A stretch of DNA of 60,595 bases, the filler included, from Bipalium vagum (Eukaryota), in assembly GCA_037834085.1 (NCBI GenBank). It is 3 parts of 3 records of this genome, joined end to end, with 100 filler letters (N's around TTAATTAATTAA, not from the genome) between each part and the next. Parts side by side here need not be neighbours in the genome. Positions count along the whole stretch, not along the records: positions 1 to 17,628 come from JBBMKC010058115.1; positions 17,729 to 36,186 come from JBBMKC010028804.1; 1 more part is not named here. One strand, given 5' to 3'. Shown piece by piece: positions 11,901-22,692 of this stretch (within the stretch, counting starts at the first letter, position 1; every line of letters starts with the position of its first letter). The notes under the pieces were generated by a model. It was given only the letters and a program-made list of their open reading frames with translations. It was not told the DNA's origin and searched no databases. The position numbers and the translations under genes were made by a program.

Positions 11901-12961
11901 AGCAATTTCAAGATTTCAAAATGTCCTTTTTCACATGCATAATGAATGGGTTTCTTTTTCTAAGCAAATCAAAATCGTTCACATTTTATTGAATCATCAA
12001 TAATTATTTACCGAAATATTTTCGCTTTCAATATTGCACTTTTGTTGGATCAATAGTTGAACTATTTCAAGATGACCTTTCTCACATGCATAATGAACAG
12101 GTTTTTCTTTCTAATCAAATAAAAAAAGGCATAGTTCTTTTAATCAGAAAAATAATTAAAAACATTTTCAGTTTCACACTCAATATTGCAATTTTGCTGG
12201 ACCAGTAATCTTACAATATCAACATGGCCTTTCTCGCATGCATAATGAATGGGTCTCCATTTCTATATAAATAAAAGGTTATTTTTTATATTATTAATAA
12301 TAATCAGTTACTAAAATGTTTTCACTTTCAATATTGCAGTTTAGCTGGATCAATAATTTCACTATTTCAAAGTGACCCTTTTCACATGCGTAATGAATTG
12401 GTTTCTCTTTCTAAATGAAAAGCAATTACCCTCCCAAATTAATGAAAATATCGTACTAAAATATCTTCACTTTCAATATTACATTTTTTCTGAATCAATA
12501 ATTTAACAATTTCAAATTGACCATAAGAAAATGCAAAATAAATAGGTCTCTTTTTCTGAAAATAATAAACTTTATATTTTTCCAAGTATCAATAACTACT
12601 TACATAGTTTGCTTCAGTTTCAATATTGAATTTTTGATCAATAAAAAATTTCACAATTTCAATGTAACCATAAGAACATGCGAAATGAAATGCTTTCTTT
12701 TTCTAAATGAATGGGAAAAACAAAAAGTCGTATCAAAATTATTAAAATCATATTTTACTTATCTTAACTTAGCTTATTAAACTAACATAAAAATCATTTT
12801 GGTTGATGATTTCATCAAGAAACACTTTTTCAAAATTGTTTCTGACTCCGTCCAAATCTCCTTTTACCAAAAACTTTTTAAAATTTTCATATTTCCTTTA
12901 AAAGGTTTATATTTATAATATCAACCTCAAAATAAAAAAAATAAAATTACATTTTCGCCAT
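8908..12961 (-). CDS. Ankyrin-repeat-only protein, one repeat per exon (14 repeat exons plus capping exons)
   Basis: Candidate ATG at 12961 (MAKM|KYENFKK..IINQNDFY). Phase-0 repeat exons: 12604-12702, 12457-12555, 12312-12410, 12164-12262, 12012-12110, 11861-11959, 11717-11815, 11577-11675 (contains TAG), 11430-11528, 11281-11379, 11131-11229, 10982-11080, 10839-10937 (all 99 nt) and 10694-10789 (96 nt). Consensus KxxPIHYACEKGHxEIVKLLIQxxCNIExExxx. Then exon 9099-9176 (DGKTPLDLAKSMDHKEIVKLIKNVIE) and a probable last exon 8908-8925 (PDNNR*) followed by AATAAA. Confidence 0.88.
9780..9930. repeat. A/T-only low-complexity tandem repeat in an intron
   Basis: Iterated units such as TTTTTATTATTATTATAA. 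Confidence 0.7.
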
Positions 12962-15900
12962 CGATAAAAATTGATTATCAATATTCCAACGTTTACCTAA
13001 ATTAATATATAATTATCATCAACCATTAAAAAGAAAAATATTTTTAATAATACGTGAATATATAAATGGAAAATCTACAAGCTAACTTAAATTTTCTAAA
13101 ATTCAATTTATTTTTGAAATTTAAAATAACAAACTTACAAAGTTTTCCGCATTAACTGTTTAAAACAAAATTTTGTTATATTTTTTTAAACAACTATATT
13201 TTTAATTTATTTTATATATATGAGAAACTTAGGATATTCTTAGTTTCTTTTAAAAAAATCAACAGAAAAATAAATGATTAAATTAGAAGAAATTTAATAA
13301 GTAAACAAAAAAAGACTTATTTTAAAACAAATTTCCAGGGTTAGACAAAAATTAAAGTGTAATTTAGACCTTCCCAACAGCCAATTGACTACATGTTGAT
13401 TGATAAGGTGATGTTGCATCTTAATAATTTTGGAATAAATATGTTCAGGGTTTGAATTTCAATCCACGTCAACCTAATTTAAAATGTGAGTAGAATATTA
13501 GACAAATAAATAATATTCTCTATCTAAAGAAATTTTTAGAGGGATAGGCTTTAAATTCAATTCAATTCTATATTAAAAGAAACTAAAATATTTTCGCTCA
13601 AAAAAGACTTGCAAATCGAGTACATTTTGTGTATGTGTATAATTTTAAAAAAGAAACCCATTAAAAATATAGAAATAACATTTCATTCTTTCATAAAAAT
13701 AAATATTTATAAAAATATCAAAGCTAAAAAATTCAATTTTTATTTTATAAAACCCAAAGACAAATAAATATCCTCAGATGAAAATTGTACATATAATCAA
13801 AATTACCATTTTCAATAAAATGTGGTATTAATTTTGAATAAAATTGAGATTTATTAATAAATTAAAATTAAAGTTATTTCTTATACTTCTTAAAGGTAAA
13901 TTAAAAAATTGAGATAAATATATACTACATTTATTATGTCTTCCTCTTTTAAAATATATTTTTTAATCGTTTAATTTTCTCAATTTATTTAATTTATAAC
14001 CTTCTCCTTTTGATATTTTTTAAAATCATTTCTTTTAGTTAAAAAATGATTGACATATTTAATTTTTTAAATAATTAGATTTTTGCATTAAATAAAAATA
14101 TTTTTTCATTTAATTTAAACTGTATTTTATTTCCCATTTTAAATATTCGCATAATTTTTCTTTAAAGGAGGGATTAAAATCTGTTGAGATTTTTAATGCT
14201 TGTCTCATATCTATTGTTTTGTTAATAATTATTTTATCACATCTCTTAATTAAATATCATTTTTTATTTATTGTTAAATGATCTTTATTAATTATAATAT
14301 AAATAGTTTTTCGAAGCTCATTAATAATCTGAAAATAGTTTTATAAGTTAAAGTATATTTTGGTGGTTTTTCAATTCAGATTTTTCCTCAAATATATCCC
14401 ATATATTCATTTTCTATTTTAATTTTTTCTTATTTTAGTTTATAATTTTTTGGATGCTATGTAAAATAAACGTGCTAGAATCGAAGACTCGTTTCTAAGA
14501 ATGTTTCTTACCTTTTTAAACTTTTTATTTTTAATATTTCTAATTAATGAGTAATGGGTTTATAAATATCTGTTAATATTCCAAAAAATATTAACCAATT
14601 TTCCTGATTTAAAATTACAAAATAATGAATCGTTCGAATAAACAATATCGTAATAGAAATCAATTTATTCAAAAGAAAAATCACTAAACAATAATATTCC
14701 TCAATTCAATTCTTCTTTTGTCTTTTCTTTTCGTCGTAACCGTTTCTCTGTCGTTTTGTTTCTCCTCTTTTATTTTTTATCCACTTTGATTCTGGTTCCC
14801 TGTTTTGTTCTCGCTGTGGAGAATCTGGTAGTTGCTTTATACTCTTCAGTTTTCCCTCATTGGCCAATCTTAATCACAACTGGGATATCTTCCCTCTTCT
14901 TGCTTTGCTACTGAGAAACCTGCAGCCTTCAATTATCCAGTTCAACCCGGCCTTAGCTAAATAATTGACTCTGCGGTGTCCCTCTCTATCTCTGCGTGGC
15001 CATCCGATCCCTTTTCCATTAGAATAATAACAATATGGGAGCTTTAATTATTCAGCTCAGCCCAATCAGACACAAAAACACACAAACAGACACAGACACA
15101 TTCTTTCTATTTCAATAAACATTCAATAACATTATGCATTTTCTAATTACACGACACACAAAACTGACAATAACCAACGCCAGACACACTCCTTGACACT
15201 CTCCCAGTTTTTACTTTTTTAAAAACATAAATTTTACAATTCTTTTAGAAAATTAATATTATTGAACTCTGAAAGTTCTCAAAAATTTCGTCCCGCGCGC
15301 AAGTAGTGCATAATGCTTGAATTTACTTCAAATTCTTCAGAAATGGCTGGTTAATTTTGAAATTATGTATGAAAAATGAAATTTAAATGATCCGGATTTA
15401 TGATTATTTAAACAATATGCATTTATATATGAATTTTAACTAAAAACATGTAATATATTAAAGTTCAAAATTCTTGCCAATTTATCGCACGTTCCCTTTA
15501 TATCCGAAGCCGAGTTCAGATCAGGACAACCTGGGTCTATTAAAGTACCCAAAAATCATCTAATTTGATTAATTTTCCAGAACTATCCTGGAAGTACACT
15601 GACATAATTTACTCTAAAACTTTTTCGACAATTTTACTTTTAAATATTAAAGCGATTTTTATTTCTCAATTCTGATCTGTATTTATGACTTACTTTTCAA
15701 TCATGTCAAAAGTTTTCAGAGTTGAGGGTTTCCTTAGCGACAAAACGGCATAGAATCGAAATTATTTTCTTTTATTCCTATCATGGTAAAAGAACGAAAA
15801 TAATTACTTTCACCATCAGAACCAAATTAATTTTCATTTGTCTTAATCGTGACATTTATTAATCAATTTTCAATCTGTCGCAAAACTAGATAACTATAGG

Positions 15901-16451
15901 CAGAAAATTGTCATTTAAAATTTTTTCTTATGATCATAAATATTTATACTATTCTTACTGACTACTAAATTTCGGAATCGCAACAATACCTAATTGCGTT
16001 GGTCTATTTCTAATTTCCACAGTATTGGGAATTAACCTTTTGTTTCTTTTGGATATTTAAACGATAAATCCGGTGACAAATAATTTTTTGAAAAACTAAT
16101 CCTAGATCATAAATGATCAATATAAAAAGCAGTCTCTGTGACAACAAAAATTTATTATTATTTTAATTAATAATTCAATAAATTAACAAGTTTGTTTTTA
16201 TCAAAGATAAAAAAGGAAGAAATAAAAATGTGAAATAAATAAAACCAATATTGGTTGAGAGTTACGTATATTTACAAATTTATCGAATTATTATTATTGT
16301 TATTATTATTATTATCGTAATACTACTGTATAAAAATGAAATGATATATCGATTATTGACTTGTGCACTTTCAATGAAACAAACACACTCACATACAACA
16401 CACTCAGACACTTCCTGATTAAATTCAATCTAATTTTTAACGAAGGAAAAA

Positions 16452-16907
16452 TCAGGACCTCTTGTGCCTTTTGGCAGCCAAAATGTCATCAATATCGTCG
16501 CAACAATCCAGAGACGAAGAAGTAGAACACGTTTCGTTTTGACTATTGGCCAGAAACAGCTGTTTGTCGTTCCTGTTATTTTCATCGATCTTGAACTGGG
16601 TCGTGCCAACATTGTCCTTATCGATGTTTTCAAATTTGCTTTGCTGACTATCGACGGACGAACTGTTTCCATTAGTTCCACTGTTCGGATTAGTTCCGGT
16701 GCTCGTTGAAGAAATCACTGATCGCGATGTGGATGCATTGGGAGTTGAGTTTGTACTGCCAGATAGATCATTAGAATCTTCATCGATTAAACGAAGTGAT
16801 GATGATCGAGACAGATTGGATTGATAACTCTGGTAACTGCTGTTTGCATAACCATTGCATCTTGACTGGCGCATTAAAATTTGCACTTGATTCTGAATAT
16901 CACGGCA
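16452..16907 (-). CDS. Terminal exon of an unidentified gene; Ser/Thr/Asn-rich, ending in basic KRHKRS
   Basis: Acceptor ttttttag at 16908 opens a 151-codon frame (CRDIQNQVQILMRQ...AAKRHKRS*) with coding-like GC content. A possible upstream exon at ~17547-17628 (LRLITVGRSCALLLKDIGGSCRSHHKF|gtaatt) runs into the gap. Confidence 0.6.
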   Translation of the reverse strand, partial: CRDIQNQVQILMRQSRCNGYANSSYQSYQSNLSRSSSLRLIDEDSNDLSGSTNSTPNASTSRSVISSTSTGTNPNSGTNGNSSSVDSQQSKFENIDKDNVGTTQFKIDENNRNDKQLFLANSQNETCSTSSSLDCCDDIDDILAAKRHKRS

Positions 16908-17628
16908 CTAAAAAATCCCAATTAATTCAGAATTAATTGTTCATGATAATAGGTAATAATTTTAAGATTACTTAAAATCCTATAACAGTTTCTCAAATAA
17001 AAGTCGTTACTCGCGCAGATAATTCATGTTTAAGAATTCGATTTGAAAACCCAATTTAAATAAATTAAAAACGAACGATAAAAAAAAGAACTATTCAAAT
17101 TTTTGGCATTTTTTCTCATTTTCAAAAAATTTTAATCGGAACAAAAATAGTATTCATTAAGAGAATAATTATTAATATGTTGAATTAAAATGATCCATGG
17201 GTCGTATTTCATTATTGACATGTTGAAACTTTTATTTTAATTAAGTTTCTGTAATTGTCATTTTAGGAAATTAATAAAAATTGATTATTTACTTCTAAAT
17301 TATTATTTAATTGATAAATTGTCATTAGAAAGTTAAATACCATTAATCGTTACCATCACTTCAAACAAATGAATTCAAAGATTGTATCGGAAATCTTTTA
17401 TCTAAAATTTTATCTTATATTACACTTTAATTAATTAAATTTATATTAATAAATATTTATCAGTGGAAAAAAATAATTTCGATGTATTGTCTATTGATTT
17501 GTTTGTTTTAAATCTATTTATCAGATCATACACAGCAAATAATTACAAACTTATGATGGGATCTGCAGGATCCACCAATATCTTTAAGCAACAGAGCACA
17601 GGATCTACCAACAGTGATCAACCTCAGC

Positions 17629-17728
17629 NNNNNNNNNNNNNNNNNNNNNNNNNNNNNNNNNNNNNNNNNNNNTTAATTAATTAANNNNNNNNNNNNNNNN
17701 NNNNNNNNNNNNNNNNNNNNNNNNNNNN
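17629..17728. other. Artificial assembly spacer N44-TTAATTAATTAA-N44
   Basis: Exactly 100 nt. The 12-mer gives stop codons in all six frames. An identical spacer lies at 36187. Confidence 0.97.
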
Positions 17729-17729
17729 A

Positions 17730-17838
17730 CATGTATATAAATTAAATTAGTTCAAATCATAAAACTTTTATTATAATTCGTAATCTACAATTATTTGTAT
17801 TTTTATAGGGTGGCTCCAAAAATGTGGACGGCACTGTA
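17730..17838. mobile_element. Tc1 terminal repeat at contig edge
   Basis: GGGTGGCTCCAAAAATGTGGACGGCACTG|TA; reverse complement TA|CAGTGCCGTCCAC... Confidence 0.65.
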
Positions 17839-17899
17839 TAATTACTCTTTATTGTGTGAATCAATATTTATTAAAGTAAAAATAAAATTTCTTAGATGC

Positions 17900-18603
17900 A
17901 TATAAACAATCAATCTTTTTTGGTTGGTATCACCTGAAAAATTTCCCAACCATTGGAATTTTTATGTAGATTGTTGTATTGAATCCACTTTTCAGCTGAA
18001 CGTTAAAACTGAATTGAAGAATCCCCATATTTTAGACAGCGACAGCAATGAAGAACAGAGAAGAATACGACTGGTTTTATTGCTCTCTGAGAATTCATGG
18101 GGAATCCATTTTCTATGTCTACATGTTTTCCCAAGTTTGTTAAAAATATACTTCTGAGAAAAATCAAATGTAAAGGCAAGTTTTCGCTTGGATTGTTGAT
18201 GATGTGACAAAATGCTTTCTTTCAACATATCCAAATTCATAGTCAAAGGTAGATGTCCGTGTTCTGAATCCTCGAGACTCTTATCTCCATCTCTAAATCT
18301 CATAAATCAATTTTGGCATTGACGTTTCGATATAACGTTATCACCAAAATCTTTCAGTTTCAGTCATAGTTTCACTCAAATTGAAATAAAATAAAAGAGA
18401 GGCATGTAAAACATATTTTTGATCAATCATAATAAATTCAAATCTTTCTGCAATATTTAAATATTATTTAAAAAATTGAATTAAACATATATCTTACTTA
18501 AAACAACAAAATACAATTTTCAATTATTAATTGATTTACAACCATAAATATTCAAATATCACTTTATAAAGTAGGACTAAATTTCTTATTACTCACCCTA
18601 ATA
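17900..18603 (-). mobile_element. Mariner (DD34D-type) transposase remnant
   Basis: RFRDGDKSLED and KWIPHEFSESNKTSRILLCSSLL correspond to the mariner WVPHEL region. Mariner-like end TATTAGGGTGAGTAATAAG (minus strand) near 18585-18603. Confidence 0.8.
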
Positions 18604-19667
18604 TTATTTGCTTATTTTTTTATTCTTAGTACTTTATGTTGTATATCTAAATTATTTCTAATTATTTTTCTATTTTTTACAACTATAACAAATTATTAAA
18701 TATTTAGTATTTTCCATTTATTTTACATTAATAATATTATTAATATTTAATATTAATAACATTACTACTTCAGAATACATATAATAATATAATATTCCAT
18801 AATAAATATAATATAACTACTTTGAAATACTGTAATATTCATAATTAATAACCAAAATTTGCTTTATCTTTTCATTTAATAATTTAAATTCGCTTTATAA
18901 TTAATTTATAAATTTATATATTTTATCAAGGTCTATTTAACACAATAATAAAATCAAATCTCAAAGATTGAACGTCTTGATTGAGTATTGTTCATTGGAA
19001 GTTTGAAATTGTTTGTTGAGGTTTGGAAGTGTTGGTCGAGGATTTATTGATCATAGGAAGTCTTTACAAAGTGAAATACATGATCAGGATTAATTTGGTT
19101 TTAGTCACAAAAATAAACAAAACAAAACAAAATAAACAAAAACATAAACAAAATTATTCATATTTAGCTATAATTATTAGCTTTTCTAGAGGCATTAACA
19201 ATCTTATCGGCCTTGAATTGCTCGTCAAGTAGTGGTTCATTGTAAAATGAGGTCAGTAAGATCAATCAACTGATGACTGAATATCCGTCGAGAAAGATTA
19301 AAAAGAAATAGAAGAGATAACATTCTTTAAAGTGCATATTATTTCGACACTATTTGTTTGAGTGATGTGAGGCTTTACATGTAAAAAAAATGGATATGAA
19401 ATATATGGGAAAAGGTTGAAGACTTTAATATCTAAACCAGGATTAAGAAATAATGCAGAAAACTGAAGATAACGGTTAGAAAATAACAAAACACTATTGT
19501 GAAGGTTGGATATTAATTAAATTGATAAGTATACCAAACTCAGATTTCTTCTAAGTGATGTTCAGGGTAATTAAAATGTGATCACTTAAATAAGTTAATT
19601 GTAATTATATAATAAGGTCCAAAATCCTGAATTAAACAAATTTTATATATGTTAGTTGAAAGTTAAT

Positions 19668-19739
19668 CAGAGATACCGGGATTCGAACCCAGGACCTTCA
19701 CATGCGCATGGACTACTCTGACCGCTGAGCTACATCCCC
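19668..19739 (-). pseudogene. tRNA-Ala(CGC)-like sequence, probably a pseudogene or SINE head
   Basis: Minus strand GGGGATGTAGCTCAGCGGTCAGAGTAGTCCATGCGCATGTGAAGGTCCTGGGTTCGAATCCCGGTATCTC. A and B boxes are intact and the 5' end is tRNA-Ala-like, but the anticodon stem is mispaired and U33 is absent. Confidence 0.7.
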
Positions 19740-19914
19740 TTCTTCCTCAAGTATTAAGGTCCAAATAATTAAAAGTGAACTTAATAATCATTAATTTATG
19801 GTAATAATTGATTGAGAAATCATATCTGTTAAGAGCTTATCTCTAAATTATCTAGCATAAAAAATAATAATTACATTTTCTTATTCATGTCTTTTATCAT
19901 ATACATATGTATAT

Positions 19915-20285
19915 CTTGTATATATCTTCAAACATCTCCGATGGTTTCACTTTTGTATGTATTCTTTTTTTATGTTGTACCACTTTGTCTCTTTGACAAG
20001 CTTCACACGACTTGATGATTTCGTGAAACTTTTCTTTAAAATTTTTAATTTAATTGTATTAATCTTTTTATAATATACCGTATTTCAGCTTCAGTATATG
20101 TTAACATGCGATGTACATGTCCGATGTATATTTCCGTCTTTTCCCTTATTTTGTTTTAGTTTCCGCATTTAATATTTTAGTTCTAACTTTCCCAAGTTTC
20201 GGATTCTCCTGTTGTGATTTTCATTGAACATACTCGTCACACCTTTGTCTTGAAAGCATATCTGTATACAACACCTCCAGGTACA
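19915..20285 (-). mobile_element. Ty3/gypsy RNaseH end and integrase zinc-finger remnant
   Basis: Fragments PGG..DMLSR and HEIIKSCEACQRDKVVQHKKRIHTKVKPSEMFEDIY. Confidence 0.7.
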
Positions 20286-20669
20286 TTTTTAAGGTGCTAA
20301 AATAGTTTCATAAAACATTTAAGCCGTTATTATAATATTAATAAAGCTACTACATAAATTATTATATAAATATAATTTTAATATTCAAATTTTCAGGGCC
20401 TGAATATTCATCTTAAAATATGACCATCCATTATAAAATATAATACTGATACTAATCACTTTATAACTTTACTTCTTCCAAATAATTTTTCAAAACTCCA
20501 TATTAATATTAAAAATTTAATATTAAAATTTCTAAGATTTCAAATTCTTAACTAATAATAAAACTGATCATAGTAGAAATAAATTTTAAATATCGGCACT
20601 TTATAAAAGCTTGTTTAAATATTCATATTTACGATTCGAATTAAAAAACAACTTTTGAATGTTTAATTT

Positions 20670-21084
20670 AAATTGCGAAGAGGCTGCCAGGCAGATCTTA
20701 AGTTCTTTAGTTTTCAAAGTTTGTATTTTAAATAGAAATTTGAACAGACATTAAAGTGTTAACGATAGGAAATCAATATGAAAGGATGTTTGAAAAATGA
20801 TTTTGAAAGTTTTGAATTCGGACCGATTTCAAAGCAGGTGTGTTCATTGATGAATTATTATTATTGAGTCCTTTCAGTTCAGAAAAAAAAACGCTGCTGA
20901 TATGACATACAAACCAGAATTTAGCAATGTGGAGAAGAGTGATATCACGTCTCAAGATGAAATGGATGTCGTAATGAAGGATCTCGAGGAAGACTTCATT
21001 ATTGATATTCCACAAAATATATTGAATAAGAACATGGAAGATGACGAGGATGATTTCATAATTAATCTTCCTAAGATAAATTAA
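20670..21084 (+). mobile_element. Degenerate hAT transposase C-terminal (dimerisation) region with acidic tail
   Basis: ERMF....IRTDFK....IDELLLL with in-frame stops, followed by the acidic ORF 20902-21084. Confidence 0.4.
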
Positions 21085-21419
21085 TAAAATTATTTTGTTT
21101 GGGAATAGAAGATTTTTGAAAATCTCTATTCTGTTTGAATAATCTAAACATACAATTATATTAATAACCAAAAATTAGAGAAAGAACTTAAGTGCTTTTA
21201 TTAGTGTAATTTTTAAGTTTATCTATTGGTTATTTTGCATTGTTAATGCGAATTTATTTGCATTTAGAGTAATAATCCATTTAAAATGCCATTTTTATTA
21301 AAATTAATTCTTATTTTTTATAACAATACCTTTTTATACAATAGTTTTGAAGATAATTTATTAAAATATAATCATGAATGAGAAGATAATTTACATAATA
21401 TTATAATTAACTGAAGATC

Positions 21420-22200
21420 TGAGGAACTTGTTCTTTCCGTAATAAGTTGCATTTTTCTGGATTCACTCAATTTTGCATGTTGGATACTGTCTCAAACTCA
21501 ATGTTAATTTAGGGTTTCTGAAAACCCCAATGAAACATTGTTCTTTCTAGATCATCTAATACTTTTGTCAGTTCTTGTAAAACAATGCTGCCCAGCTTTA
21601 GTGGAAGAAGCTGTCTTTTCCTGTGACTCTTTCTAATAGAAATTGGTAATATGTGTGATGTCCCACTGAAATATTTTGCCCCATGAAGTTTATCTAACAT
21701 TTTCACGTTTGACATCTGAAATGCTTGCCTTTTGTAATTGTGTTTAGTTTCCTGAAATCTAAGAAAATTCTAACATCCTTTCTCTCATTATGCCATTCAC
21801 ATATCCACGGTGTATTCCAAAGAAAATTGTATTTTCTGACAATGCCATTATTTGTTAAATTTTTGATAGTTGTGTCAATCTCTTCCTGATTTATGGGTTG
21901 TCTCCGTGGCTTTTTTTCTATGACATTCCCACTATCTGATATAAATACTCCTGGATATTTTCGAATAACTTTTTCAGACTTATCGTTTTGCTTGTTCATT
22001 AAAATTTCTAAATCATTAATTTTCAGACCAAACTTTACGTCTATGATGGAGACTCTCCAGTTCTTCACTTCTACTTTATTTTCCTCTAATCGATAACCAA
22101 ACTTTCGTTGCATATCTATTCTTTCAACAAGATCAGAAGTCATGTCTTCTACTATTGTTAATTGTACTAATTTCCTAAGCTTTTAGATTTATACATCTGC
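21420..22200 (-). mobile_element. Ty3/gypsy reverse transcriptase remnant (frameshifted)
   Basis: GIVRKYNFLWNTP...VRIFLDFRKLNTIT, then MLDKLHGAKYFS in another frame. Confidence 0.85.
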
Positions 22201-22470
22201 TTGAATCTCTCCCAAAACGATTATTTTGCTTTTAATCGTTAATTTAATTTTCTAAATGTATATTGACTCATCACATTTATCTTTGCCCCTATGTTTAATA
22301 AACATTCAAAACCTCAATTCTAGGTCCACCTTGCATGATGTACTTTAAATAATTAGACATGCTTAAGATTGACTTTATGACAACTTTTTCTCAGAACTAA
22401 ATCTAAAATAGTTTTTCAACAAGGTGGAGTCTTGTAAGAGAATTTTAACAATTTTTTTCTTGAACTTGGA

Positions 22471-22692
22471 TTGACAGCGCTGGACCGTGATTTTCAAGAC
22501 CTGAAAGATATTATTCAGAGGGAGGTGGCTAGAATAACACTAGAAATGTGTCAAAAAGTTATGAATGAATTTTATAATCAATTACATAAGTGTACGAAAG
22601 TTAATGGTCACTGTAGAAAAATATTAAATTTAAAAAAATATATTTTACTTTATCCAAAATTTGCTGTCTCGTGTTGAGTATATTTTACTGTA
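22471..22692 (+). mobile_element. Tc1/mariner-superfamily transposase C-terminal remnant
   Basis: DLKDIIQREVARITLEMCQKVMNEF...CTKVNGH; parallels the C-terminus of ORF 55354-55692. Confidence 0.65.

Noticed and set aside
10694-12702. Regular ~148-bp repeat with variable spacers, superficially CRISPR- or satellite-like
   Set aside because: The repeats are 99-nt coding exons and the spacers are GT-AG introns; eukaryotic context with no cas genes.
14700-15210. GC-richer tract resembling a retroelement 5' region; similar tracts at 35575-36050 and 53340-54230
   Set aside because: Probably retroelement debris, but I could not support a diagnostic motif or boundaries.
17673-17684. Palindromic TTAATTAATTAA inside N runs (also 36231-36242)
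   Set aside because: Artificial six-frame-stop linker. It is not biological, and adjacency across it is not evidence of linkage.
20773-21171. 132-aa hydrophobic minus-strand ORF
   Set aside because: Antisense to the degenerate hAT-like acidic region; compositional artefact.
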